A DNA stretch of 54,132 bases from a virus. The translations under genes and the position numbers were made by a program. This document shows, one piece after another, positions 41,895 to 49,329 of this stretch. The notes under the pieces are model-generated. The model made no database searches, was not told the origin of the DNA, and saw only the letters and a program-made list of their open reading frames with translations. Location of the stretch: the IMG/VR virus record IMGVR_UViG_3300048834_000122, positions 1 through 54,132 of that record, one strand, 5' to 3'. Within the stretch, counting starts at the first letter, position 1. Every line of letters begins with the position of its first letter.

Positions 41895-43640
41895 TCAGGC
41901 GGCCTCCGGCAGCTTCGTGCGGGCGACGCTCAGGACGCGCTGCAGGGCGATGCAGATGGCATCGAACTGGTCGGCGTCGTACAACTTTGCCGCGCCGGCG
42001 GTGCCAACCGGGCGGAAGCCGAGCGATGCGAGGCCGTCAGCGGTGACAGACAGCGGCGCGATGGCGGCATTGATCGCGCCCAGCTTCAGGCGTGCAAGAG
42101 GTTGGGCGGTTTCAGCTATACCAATCCCCGGTTCTCCAGCCGCCCGAAGCGCCCCGGTTGAGCCAGCCATGCCTCCACCGGCAGCGGCTGGCATCCGCTC
42201 GGTGTCATCGGCCCTCGGGGTGTACTGCTGATCGTTCGCAGGCGGGACCTGCGCCCGCTCGCGTTCCTGCTGCTCGCGCTCCAGCCGGTCGGATTCTTCT
42301 TTGCGGATCCGCTCGCGTTCGGCCTCGATGCGCTCAGCCTCGCGCTTCTGGTGCTCGGCGACGCGCGCCGCCACCAGGTTCCGCAAGTCGTCCGGATGCT
42401 TCGTGGCGCACAGTTGCACCGCGTCGGCGAACAGGTGGCGGAACTCGTTGGCGTCCTCCTGCAGGACCGCGATGCACGCGCGGACGCGCTCGGCGCGCTG
42501 ACTAGCCTCGATCTTCTCCCGCGCCACGGCCGAATCGACCGCGTCCCGCATGCTGGTCAACGTGCGCTTGCCCTTGATGGCGGCGCCGAGGTCGAGGGTC
42601 AGGGACTGCGCCGGCTGGAACGCATGCGCGCCCAGCGTGGCGTTGATGCTGTCGTAGTGGGCGCGGACTGCGGCGGCACCTGCGGCGACGATCTCGGCCT
42701 TCCGCGCGTCCTTGTCCTTCGTGACCTGCTTGTCGAGTTCCAGGCGGATGCGGCGCGTCTCGGCGGCGACCTCGTCCATCGTGCGGAACACCGCCTCGAT
42801 GTCGGCTGTCTGCCCCAGCACCTGCTGCTTCGTGGCCTCGATGCGTTCCTCGACACCCTTGCACCACTTGACTGTTTTCTCGGCGTCGGCGAAGTCCTCG
42901 TCCGTGCGCAGGTCGCGATTGATGTTGCCCAGAACCGCCAGTGCATTCGCCTTGAACTCAGCCAGATTGCTCGCGGTCACCATGCCGGTGACGCTGATGC
43001 TCAGGGCCGGCAGCTGGTCCGGGGCGCGGCCTGCGGCGGGTGGCAGCACTTCCGGCTCGGCCTGGTACGCCGCCACGTCCGCATCGAACTGTGCCCAGCC
43101 GGCCAGCAGCTTCGGGATGTCGGCCTCGATCTCCGAACGCTGCACGGTCAAGATCACCGACCCTTCCTCGGTGCCGTCGCCGATGACGTACAGGCAACGC
43201 GTCGCGGTCTCGCAAACGGCGAACTGGTGGATGACCTGCCACCTGTCTGCCGGCGGGAGAATGCCATCGCGCGCCTGCGCCATCTTCCCGGCGTTCGACT
43301 GCTTCGCCTCCAGCAGCGCGGTTTCGTCCAGGGTCACGCCGTCGAAGCTGGCGCTCAGATAGCCGTCATCGCTGGTCGCGGTGATCGGATAGAAGTCCTC
43401 GCCGGTGTAGGCCTCGGCCAGGGCGCGCAGCTTCGGCTCGACCTCGTGGCCCCGGTCGAACACGTACTGCGTCGCCGCGTCGATCTCGCGCTCAACGCCG
43501 GTTGCGCGCTGGCGGATCAGTTCGGCCCGGGTCACGTACGGCGAGGCGCCCATGACAATCGGGGCTTCGCTGGCGTTGCGGGTGGTGCGCCTGTGGGCGA
43601 GCCACGCATCGGAACCCTGCGGGAAGTCGACAATCCTCAT
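41895..43640 (-). CDS. YqaJ/lambda-Exo-type recombination exonuclease with a roughly 380-aa C-terminal extension
   Basis: N-terminus MRIVDFPQGSDAWLAHRRTTRNASEAPIVMG...FDGV...LLEAKQ (YqaJ-type PD-(D/E)xK). The C-terminus is coiled-coil (EAERIEAERERIRKEESDRLEREQQERE). Confidence 0.8.
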   Translation of the reverse strand: MRIVDFPQGSDAWLAHRRTTRNASEAPIVMGASPYVTRAELIRQRATGVEREIDAATQYVFDRGHEVEPKLRALAEAYTGEDFYPITATSDDGYLSASFDGVTLDETALLEAKQSNAGKMAQARDGILPPADRWQVIHQFAVCETATRCLYVIGDGTEEGSVILTVQRSEIEADIPKLLAGWAQFDADVAAYQAEPEVLPPAAGRAPDQLPALSISVTGMVTASNLAEFKANALAVLGNINRDLRTDEDFADAEKTVKWCKGVEERIEATKQQVLGQTADIEAVFRTMDEVAAETRRIRLELDKQVTKDKDARKAEIVAAGAAAVRAHYDSINATLGAHAFQPAQSLTLDLGAAIKGKRTLTSMRDAVDSAVAREKIEASQRAERVRACIAVLQEDANEFRHLFADAVQLCATKHPDDLRNLVAARVAEHQKREAERIEAERERIRKEESDRLEREQQERERAQVPPANDQQYTPRADDTERMPAAAGGGMAGSTGALRAAGEPGIGIAETAQPLARLKLGAINAAIAPLSVTADGLASLGFRPVGTAGAAKLYDADQFDAICIALQRVLSVARTKLPEAA

Positions 43641-44500
43641 GCCGACTCTCCCGTGCCCGCTGCGTCATCGATCGGCGCTTCATCGTCCGCAGGGTCGGGC
43701 TTGAACGGCTCGCGGATCGCGGCCAGCTGCTCGGCGGTGAAGGTCGCCTTCGACTGCAGCATGGCGATCAGCTGGTCGGCAGTCTTCTTGCCGGAGTCGA
43801 TCATGTCGCGCCACGCCGGCAGGTTCGCGGCGAATTGGTCCGCTGGGTATGCCGGCAATGCAGGCCGGGCCGGCTTCGCGTCGAGCGCCTCGCCCTCGAT
43901 GATCGCCTTGCCTTCCATTTCCTCGGCCGTCGGCTGCGAGCCGATCTCCGGGAAGGCCATGCGCAGCGCCTGGGCCTGCGCGCACTTCGCGATCTGCCCG
44001 CGCACGCGCTTCGACCACATCGCGTTCGGCGACTGGTCCTTGTCCTTGCCGCCCTTGATCGCGTAGTTCTCGACCCAGTATTCGACGGCGGTGAATTCGG
44101 CGATGTGCCCGCTGGCCAGCTGCCGGTAGGCGGTGACCTCGCACCATTCGGGGAAGGTCACGTCCATGTTGCCGACGCGCTCGGTCACCATCGGTCCAAA
44201 CACCGGCTTGCCCATGCCGGCGAACTGGCCGCTGCGCGCCGCCTGCACGCGATACAGGCCAATACCGGGCATCACCACGTCGCGCATGCTGCGGCTGGCG
44301 CCATCCCACATGGGAACGATGTGCACCGGCTTCTGCATCGGGTCGAGCCCGGCAGCGGTGCAGTAGTCGAGCACCAGCTCGATGCTCTGGTCGGAAGCGC
44401 CCGGGTAGATGCTGGACTTCAGCGCGGACCAGATGGCGGCCTGGTGCTCGGCGGTGGTGAGTGCGCCTGCGCGCGGGATTGTGGCGACATTGCTGGACAT
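43637..44500 (-). CDS. recT: RecT-family single-strand annealing protein
   Basis: ...LVLDYCTAAGLDPMQKPVHIVP...GIGLYRVQAARSGQFAG...AKCAQAQALRMAFPE. ATG 44500 chosen. Confidence 0.88.
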   Translation of the reverse strand: MSSNVATIPRAGALTTAEHQAAIWSALKSSIYPGASDQSIELVLDYCTAAGLDPMQKPVHIVPMWDGASRSMRDVVMPGIGLYRVQAARSGQFAGMGKPVFGPMVTERVGNMDVTFPEWCEVTAYRQLASGHIAEFTAVEYWVENYAIKGGKDKDQSPNAMWSKRVRGQIAKCAQAQALRMAFPEIGSQPTAEEMEGKAIIEGEALDAKPARPALPAYPADQFAANLPAWRDMIDSGKKTADQLIAMLQSKATFTAEQLAAIREPFKPDPADDEAPIDDAAGTGESA

Positions 44501-44532
44501 GGTGATTCCTTCGATGCTGGGATTCGGTGCGA

Positions 44533-44805
44533 TCAGCGCGCGGGCACGCCAGGCGCGCTCTCGATCCGCGTGAATGGGAAGCGGTCGGTGGCCGGCTTGA
44601 TGTGCTGCCCGAAATGGCGGCCCTTCGACTCGGCATCGCGGAACGCGGCGAAGGTGTCGGCGTCGACGTTTGCGTAGTGGTAGAGGCTGGTTTCCTCGCC
44701 CTTCCAGTTCTTGAAGCGGATGGCGAGGGTCTGCGTCTCGGGCGCGTGGCCGATGGCGCTTATCTGGGACGACTCGACGGGCTGCATTGCGATGGGATCG
44801 GACAT
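44533..44805 (-). CDS. KTSC-domain protein
   Basis: VESSQISAIGHAPETQTLAIRFKN...YHYANVDADTFAAFRDAESKGRHFGQHIK. Confidence 0.7.
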   Translation of the reverse strand: MSDPIAMQPVESSQISAIGHAPETQTLAIRFKNWKGEETSLYHYANVDADTFAAFRDAESKGRHFGQHIKPATDRFPFTRIESAPGVPAR

Positions 44806-44935
44806 GTCGGTTTCTCGATTTGGTGAACTGCGGGCGCAACTCGGTCAAAGAGGTGCGCGGTGATGGGGATTGCCGGCTTTGGGGAGACCCGGCCGGCGCG
44901 GGGTGATGCGGGCGAGGGGGACGCCCGCAGGGGAA

Positions 44936-45472
44936 TCAGGCGGCCTTGCCCTGCGCGCCGTCGGGATCGTTCGCGGCCTCGGTGCGCGCATCCGGCGGCG
45001 TCAGCGACACCCGCACTTCACCGCGACGCCAGGCCGCCAGCAGTGGCGCATCGTCGGATTCTTCGATGGTGGTCGAAACCTTCAGCGTGAGGTTGATGCT
45101 GCCGCCTTCGATGAAGGTCACCTTCTCGAGCTTCACCTTCACGTCGGCGAAGAACACCGGCTCGATGTGGTCGAGCAGGCTGTGGAAGCTGACTTCGTAG
45201 GACTCAAACTTCTGGTCGAGCTTCTGTTCGCGCAGGTACGGGATTGCCAGCGCGGTGAGGTTGTTGCCGTCGATGGGCAACGCCTGCTGCTCACCCTTGC
45301 CGGGCTTCTCGAAGAACGCCTTGCGCAGCTTCTTGTCGATGGTGTCCAGGAGCAACGCGGAGGCGCTGAGGGCGATGCTGACATCGGCCGCGGCCACCAT
45401 CTCTTCGCCGTGGTGTTCCTTGCGGAAGTTGACGTTGGTGATCGTGGCGTCGTGCTTGTCGAGGTTGAACAT
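44936..45472 (-). CDS. Hypothetical early protein (178 aa)
   Basis: ATG 45472 preceded by GGAG. Lies upstream of the recombination genes. Confidence 0.55.
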   Translation of the reverse strand: MFNLDKHDATITNVNFRKEHHGEEMVAAADVSIALSASALLLDTIDKKLRKAFFEKPGKGEQQALPIDGNNLTALAIPYLREQKLDQKFESYEVSFHSLLDHIEPVFFADVKVKLEKVTFIEGGSINLTLKVSTTIEESDDAPLLAAWRRGEVRVSLTPPDARTEAANDPDGAQGKAA

Positions 45473-45483
45473 GGGAACTCCGA

Positions 45484-45675
45484 TCAGTTGAGGTGAGACA
45501 GCCAAGCGGCCACAGCAACGACGGCCAGCGAGATGCGGAACAGGGCGCGCCATGCGCGGCGGGCGTAGCGCTTGCGACGCTTTGGAATGTCGGACGTGGT
45601 GGCGATGTTCGCGGCGACGCCTTCGCGCCAGCCGGGACGCCAGTTGCGCGGATCAGATGCGAGACGCGCGATCAT
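45484..45675 (-). CDS. Small protein with C-terminal TM (63 aa)
   Basis: Contains ...RRAWRALFRISLAVVAVAAWLSHLN. Confidence 0.45.
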   Translation of the reverse strand: MIARLASDPRNWRPGWREGVAANIATTSDIPKRRKRYARRAWRALFRISLAVVAVAAWLSHLN

Positions 45676-45926
45676 GGCCGCTTCCACGAAACGACGAACA
45701 GGCACAACGTCGTCGTCAGGAAGGCGAACAAGATCCCCATGCCGAACTGCGGAACCATCAGCCACGTCATCCATTCGCTCGCGGCGTAGGCGAGTTCGAT
45801 CAGCCATTCGCGAGCGGACGGCGCGTAGACGCGGAACAGGGTCGACAGGTAGGCGAATGCGACGATCAGGCCGCAGGCGAGGAAACACAGGCCAGCGATG
45901 CCGGCGGAGGCGGGATGGGTTCTCAC
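45672..45926 (-). CDS. Small multi-TM membrane protein (84 aa)
   Basis: GTG 45926 (GTGA overlap). Three hydrophobic segments. Confidence 0.45.
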   Translation of the reverse strand: MRTHPASAGIAGLCFLACGLIVAFAYLSTLFRVYAPSAREWLIELAYAASEWMTWLMVPQFGMGILFAFLTTTLCLFVVSWKRP

Positions 45927-46150
45927 GGCGTCACTCCGAACTTCGCGAACGCGCGCTTCAGTTGCGTGCGGGATTCTGGCGAAGCGGCATGCAGCCACTC
46001 CTGGCCAGCGTTCAGGAGATCAATCACGGCTGCGCGCTCCTTGAACAACTCGTCCGCGCTGGACACGTGCCCGCGGTCGCGCATGTGCTTGGCGACGGAC
46101 TCCAATGCAGGCAATGCCGCATGGGGGGGGTAACGGGTCTTGCGGTTCAT
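45923..46150 (-). CDS. Hypothetical protein (75 aa)
   Basis: ATGA overlap with the upstream gene. Confidence 0.5.
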   Translation of the reverse strand: MNRKTRYPPHAALPALESVAKHMRDRGHVSSADELFKERAAVIDLLNAGQEWLHAASPESRTQLKRAFAKFGVTP

Positions 46151-46335
46151 GCGGCTTCATCCGGCGGCGGTGCATCGAAGTCCACATGTGTCGCCTCATA
46201 GCGGCGCTCGCTCGCCTCGCGATTGCGCTTGACCCGCTCATCGCGCAGGCCGGTCACGCTCGCCGGCTCGGCGAACATGCGCTGCATGTCTTGCTGGAGA
46301 CGCTGGCCGATAGGGAAGGTGAGGATGGCGCTCAT
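46147..46335 (-). CDS. Hypothetical protein (62 aa)
   Basis: ATG 46335 in an ATGA overlap. The N-terminal part of the track ORF is Arg-rich read-through. Confidence 0.45.
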   Translation of the reverse strand: MSAILTFPIGQRLQQDMQRMFAEPASVTGLRDERVKRNREASERRYEATHVDFDAPPPDEAA

Positions 46336-46448
46336 GCCAGCCGTCCGATCAGGTGCGCGCCGCCTACCAGTCCGATGGAAATTCCTGCGATCCAGAACGG
46401 AACGCGAGCGCCATCGGCGAGGCGGTCGATGAAACGGCGCGCCTTCAT
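46332..46448 (-). CDS. Very small TM protein (38 aa)
   Basis: MKARRFIDRLADGARVPFWIAGISIGLVGGAHLIGRLA, coupled at both ends. Confidence 0.35.
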   Translation of the reverse strand: MKARRFIDRLADGARVPFWIAGISIGLVGGAHLIGRLA

Positions 46449-46687
46449 GCCGGCTTCCCCAGCGTCGCGTGCTCTGATGCCAGGTCTTCGTTGGCCGATT
46501 GCAGGCCTTCAAGCTTCACCAGCGGATCAGCGCCGCCGGTGGCGTCCTGTAACCGCTTCGCCAGCACCCGCGCTTCATCGCGGCTCATCGCGATCATTGC
46601 GGTGCCGATGAATACCCAGACGCGGCCGGTGCTTTCCGTTTGCACCGTAGCGTCGGCGGCATAGATGGAAGCGGGGTGCAGGTTCAT
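46445..46687 (-). CDS. Hypothetical protein (80 aa)
   Basis: ATGA overlaps at both ends. Confidence 0.5.
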   Translation of the reverse strand: MNLHPASIYAADATVQTESTGRVWVFIGTAMIAMSRDEARVLAKRLQDATGGADPLVKLEGLQSANEDLASEHATLGKPA

Positions 46688-47454
46688 GGCTGCAACTCGA
46701 TCATGCGGATGACCAGCGCCTTCGCCGACTGCTGCAAGCCACGCTTTGTGTCAGCCAAGGCGGCCCATGCGGCGTCCCCTGCGGCGGCCCGTGCGGCGGC
46801 CCATGCGGCGTCCCCTGCGGCGGCCCGTGCGGCGGCCCATGCGGCGTCCCCTGCGGCGGCCCGTGCGGCGGCCCGTGCGGCGTCCCCTGCGGCGGCCCGT
46901 GCGGCGGCCCGTGCGGCGGCCCCTGCGGCGGCCCGTGCGGCGGCCCATGCGGCGTCCCCTGCGGCGGCCCGTGCGGCGGCCCATGCGGCGTCCCCTGCGG
47001 CGGCCGAGTCCATGCAAACCGCTTCCAGTGTCGGCATCAGGCCAGGGCACCGGGCGAAGTCTGTGATCTCGGGCAGCGCCACCAGCGCCGCGGCTTGCGC
47101 GTCCAGCTTCGCGAGGCGCAACCAGGCCGGGGTGTGAGTGCGGATCAGCCAATCGGCCGCCATTGTGGCGCGGCGGTTCTCGACGTCAGGCGTGGATCGC
47201 GTCCCGACGAGGCGCGGGATCAGGTCGCGCAGCAGGTCGGTGCGCTCGGTATCCGGAAGGCTATCGTTCCAGGCACGCAGGAACGTAGAGATGATCGGGC
47301 AGGCGCATTCCGGGGAATCGGTCCACGACTCGCCAGCAACGTAGGCGACCGCTTCCATGACACACATCTGGCCGGAGGTGGCGTCGTGGCCACCTGCCTG
47401 CAATTCCAACGCTTGGACTTCTGCCAAGCGTCCCGCGTCGATCTGAGTTTCCAT
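46684..47454 (-). CDS. First PL gene: 256-aa protein with a globular N-domain and an Ala-rich tandem tetrapeptide array
   Basis: The C-terminal half reads AAAGDAAWAAARAAAGDAAWAAARAAAGAAARAAARAAAGDAARAAARAAAGDAAW.... Confidence 0.7.
   Translation of the reverse strand: METQIDAGRLAEVQALELQAGGHDATSGQMCVMEAVAYVAGESWTDSPECACPIISTFLRAWNDSLPDTERTDLLRDLIPRLVGTRSTPDVENRRATMAADWLIRTHTPAWLRLAKLDAQAAALVALPEITDFARCPGLMPTLEAVCMDSAAAGDAAWAAARAAAGDAAWAAARAAAGAAARAAARAAAGDAARAAARAAAGDAAWAAARAAAGDAAWAAARAAAGDAAWAALADTKRGLQQSAKALVIRMIELQP
46759..47005. repeat. 36-bp tandem repeat, about 6.9 copies (12-bp sub-period), in frame
   Basis: Unit ggcggcccatgcggcgtcccctgcggcggcccgtgc, with point variants in copies 4 and 5. 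Confidence 0.9.
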
Positions 47455-47495
47455 CCGCTTCGCCTCTTGGGCTGCCCTGTTGGGCGACGGAATCC

Positions 47496-47536
47496 ACTAT
47501 AGGCGAGCCTAACCCAATGTCAATAGGCCAGCCTAA
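47496..47536 (-). promoter_or_regulatory. PL-like promoter with two operators
   Basis: Minus strand: TTGACA (47523-47518), 16-nt spacer, TATAGT (47501-47496). Operators ATAGGCGAGCCTAA (47499-47512) and ATAGGCCAGCCTAA (47523-47536). Confidence 0.7.
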
Positions 47537-47552
47537 CTATTTTTCATCGGAC

Positions 47553-47580
47553 AAGAAAAAGCCCCTGAGTAGGGGCCTTG
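47553..47580 (-). terminator. Intrinsic terminator ending the repressor-lipoprotein transcript
   Basis: Minus strand: GCCCCT-actc-AGGGGC followed by TTTTTcTT. Confidence 0.65.
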
Positions 47581-47601
47581 TGAACAGTTGGCGTGGTCGC
47601 T

Positions 47602-48015
47602 CTATGGCGTGGAGCGAGCCGCTTTTGCGCACTCCAAGTAAGCCTCGTTTCCGAAGTCGTTTGTCATCTCTTCCTGATTCACTTCGACGTTCATGCGGGG
47701 CCGGTCGTAGGCAATCATCACCAGTTCTTGAGCTGCCGGATCCGTGGCATGTTCCATCACCTTCGCCATATCCACACCAATCTGCCTTCCGCGCATGATT
47801 GTCCTGGCTAAGTCCGAATATGACTTGCAATTCTGGAGGCGTTCCGCCATTGGAATCTTTGCGATCTGCTCAGTCGTTGAGTTCGTTTCCGATGCCTGTT
47901 GACTCGGCGCCGAAGGAGCCGCCTGGGCTGCGGGGCTTGAAGGCGAGCACGCGGCTAGTGAGGCGGCGAGAACTGCGCTTTGGCTGATCTTGATGCTGGT
48001 ACTCAACGTGGCCAT
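47602..48015 (-). CDS. Lipoprotein co-transcribed with the repressor (candidate superinfection-exclusion or lysogen-expressed factor)
   Basis: Signal peptide ...SAVLAASLAA-C (lipobox LAAC). Start shares one base with the repressor stop. Lower G+C by eye. Confidence 0.65.
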   Translation of the reverse strand: MATLSTSIKISQSAVLAASLAACSPSSPAAQAAPSAPSQQASETNSTTEQIAKIPMAERLQNCKSYSDLARTIMRGRQIGVDMAKVMEHATDPAAQELVMIAYDRPRMNVEVNQEEMTNDFGNEAYLECAKAARSTP

Positions 48016-48569
48016 CAGTTACGACTCCTAGCATTCTTCCGGTCGGGCGCAGCTTGTGCAGCTTGTCCAGCGTCGCCTGTATCAATGGGTCGATGGGTTT
48101 CTCGGACACTAAATTTCCCTCGCTGGAGTTCGGCTAACACGTTGCGGTCATAGGCCGCGAGCACGGATTTATCTGCGTCTAGCGGATATTCAAGACGCTC
48201 CCGGTACGCGAAAATTAGGAATTCAGGAACCTGCGCCGCATCGAACTTCAAGCCTTGGGCGCGAAGTGCTTTGTCGGCCGCAACGAATGCCGAAGCGAGT
48301 ATCTGTGGGTCCAGTCCCGCATCCTGCGAACGGACCTTCGCGCCCTGGCCGGTCATGATCCACTCTGCTGTGGTGTCCAGATAGGCGGCGGTGGCCACTA
48401 GAGGCGCTCCCATGATCTTTTCGGTTGGAAGCTTGCCCTTCACGCGCCCGAACCACTGGGAAACCGAGTTCTTGGCGATTTTGCACGCGCGCGCAATCCC
48501 GGCCTCTGTCTTGCCTTGGTCGGCAAGTTCTGTGAGCCGCTGTTCAATCCGTCGCGCCCAAGCTTCCAT
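48015..48569 (-). CDS. CI-like repressor (HTH; no recognisable LexA/S24-type autocleavage domain)
   Basis: TEAGIARACKIAKNSVSQWFG (HTH). Divergent from the cro-like gene across three operators. Confidence 0.7.
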   Translation of the reverse strand: MEAWARRIEQRLTELADQGKTEAGIARACKIAKNSVSQWFGRVKGKLPTEKIMGAPLVATAAYLDTTAEWIMTGQGAKVRSQDAGLDPQILASAFVAADKALRAQGLKFDAAQVPEFLIFAYRERLEYPLDADKSVLAAYDRNVLAELQRGKFSVRETHRPIDTGDAGQAAQAAPDRKNARSRN

Positions 48570-48634
48570 TAGGCAAGCCTAAACGGCCAGCAGTTAGGTA
48601 GGCCTTGCAATAGCCAGTTAGGTGCGCCTATGAT
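48569..48634. promoter_or_regulatory. OR region: three operators plus PR-like promoter
   Basis: Operators TTAGGCAAGCCTAA (48569-82), TTAGGTAGGCCTTG (48594-607) and TTAGGTGCGCCTAT (48618-31). Promoter TTGCAA (48605-10), 18 nt, TATGAT (48629-34). Confidence 0.65.
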
Positions 48635-48640
48635 CCGCGC

Positions 48641-48874
48641 ATGCATACCGACATCCGCAAGCAACACCCCGACTCCGTGCTGATCGATGCGCTCGGCGGT
48701 ACCACCGAAGTCGCGCGCATTTGCCAGATCAAACAGCCTTCCGTCAGCGAGTGGCGGGTCAATGGAATTCCCCCTGCTCGCAGGCAGTTCCTTGAACTGC
48801 TGCGCCCCGATGTCTTCGGCCCAGCCCCCGCTGGCCAGGAAGCCGCGAACGACGGCGAAGCGGCGGCGGCCTGA
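48641..48874 (+). CDS. Cro-like / YdaS-type HTH protein
   Basis: LIDALGGTTEVARICQIKQPSVSEWRVNGIPPARR. The ATG lies 7 nt after the -10 hexamer. Confidence 0.7.
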   Translation: MHTDIRKQHPDSVLIDALGGTTEVARICQIKQPSVSEWRVNGIPPARRQFLELLRPDVFGPAPAGQEAANDGEAAAA

Positions 48875-48930
48875 GGTGGAAATCCTCGTCACCTTCGATC
48901 CGTCGGAGATTCCCCGCTGGGATGGCCAGC

Positions 48931-49164
48931 CTATTGCGCTGTTGGAGATTCCGTTTCCGGCATCTGCTGAGCCACGTGCTGAAGAAACCGCGCCAGCTCC
49001 AGAAGCTGGTGTTTCGCCATCACAAACGGAATCGACTGCTGCGGATCCATCGGACCCGCCCCGTCGTAGGGCAGGTGGCTGAAGGTGAGCACCGCATGCC
49101 GCAGTGATGGTTGGACCAGCGCCAGGCCAAAGGCCTGCACCGTTCGCATGTCTTTCGTTTCCAT
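48931..49164 (-). CDS. Antisense 77-aa hypothetical protein between cro and the cII-like gene
   Basis: Third-position G+C is about 70 percent by hand count. GGAGA lies upstream of the ATG. Confidence 0.5.
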   Translation of the reverse strand: METKDMRTVQAFGLALVQPSLRHAVLTFSHLPYDGAGPMDPQQSIPFVMAKHQLLELARFLQHVAQQMPETESPTAQ

Positions 49165-49245
49165 GTCGGTTCTCCGAGGTCTGGGTGGTGGGTCGCACTA
49201 CCAGCCTAACCCGGGGGCCGGCTCCATTTTCCTGCACTGATTCCA

Positions 49246-49278
49246 CGGCTCGGGCTCGCAAGAGTTCGGGCCGTTTTT
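49246..49278 (+). terminator. Possible terminator between cro and the cII-like gene
   Basis: CGGCTCG...CGGGCCG stem (one G-T pair) followed by TTTTT. Confidence 0.4.
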
Positions 49279-49329
49279 GTATCCCCAGCCCTTGATAACG
49301 GCTGATAACGATTCTTCTCAGGTCTTCTC

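Noticed and set aside
44806-44935. The intergenic hairpins GCGGGCG-aggggga-CGCCCGC and GCCGGC...GCCGGC in the early-left operon as a terminator or promoter.
   Set aside because: No T-tract follows either hairpin on the transcribed strand, and the nearby TTGACC lacks a credible -10. They may be RNA processing or stability elements, but support is weak.
46759-47005. The regular 36-bp repeats as a CRISPR array.
   Set aside because: The repeats are contiguous with no spacers, in frame inside an ORF, with a 12-bp sub-period. There are no cas genes.
49190-49215. A Xanthomonad-type LexA box (TTAG...TACTA) upstream of the antisense 77-aa gene.
   Set aside because: Only the TTAG half fits. The sequence matches the phage's own operator half-site better.
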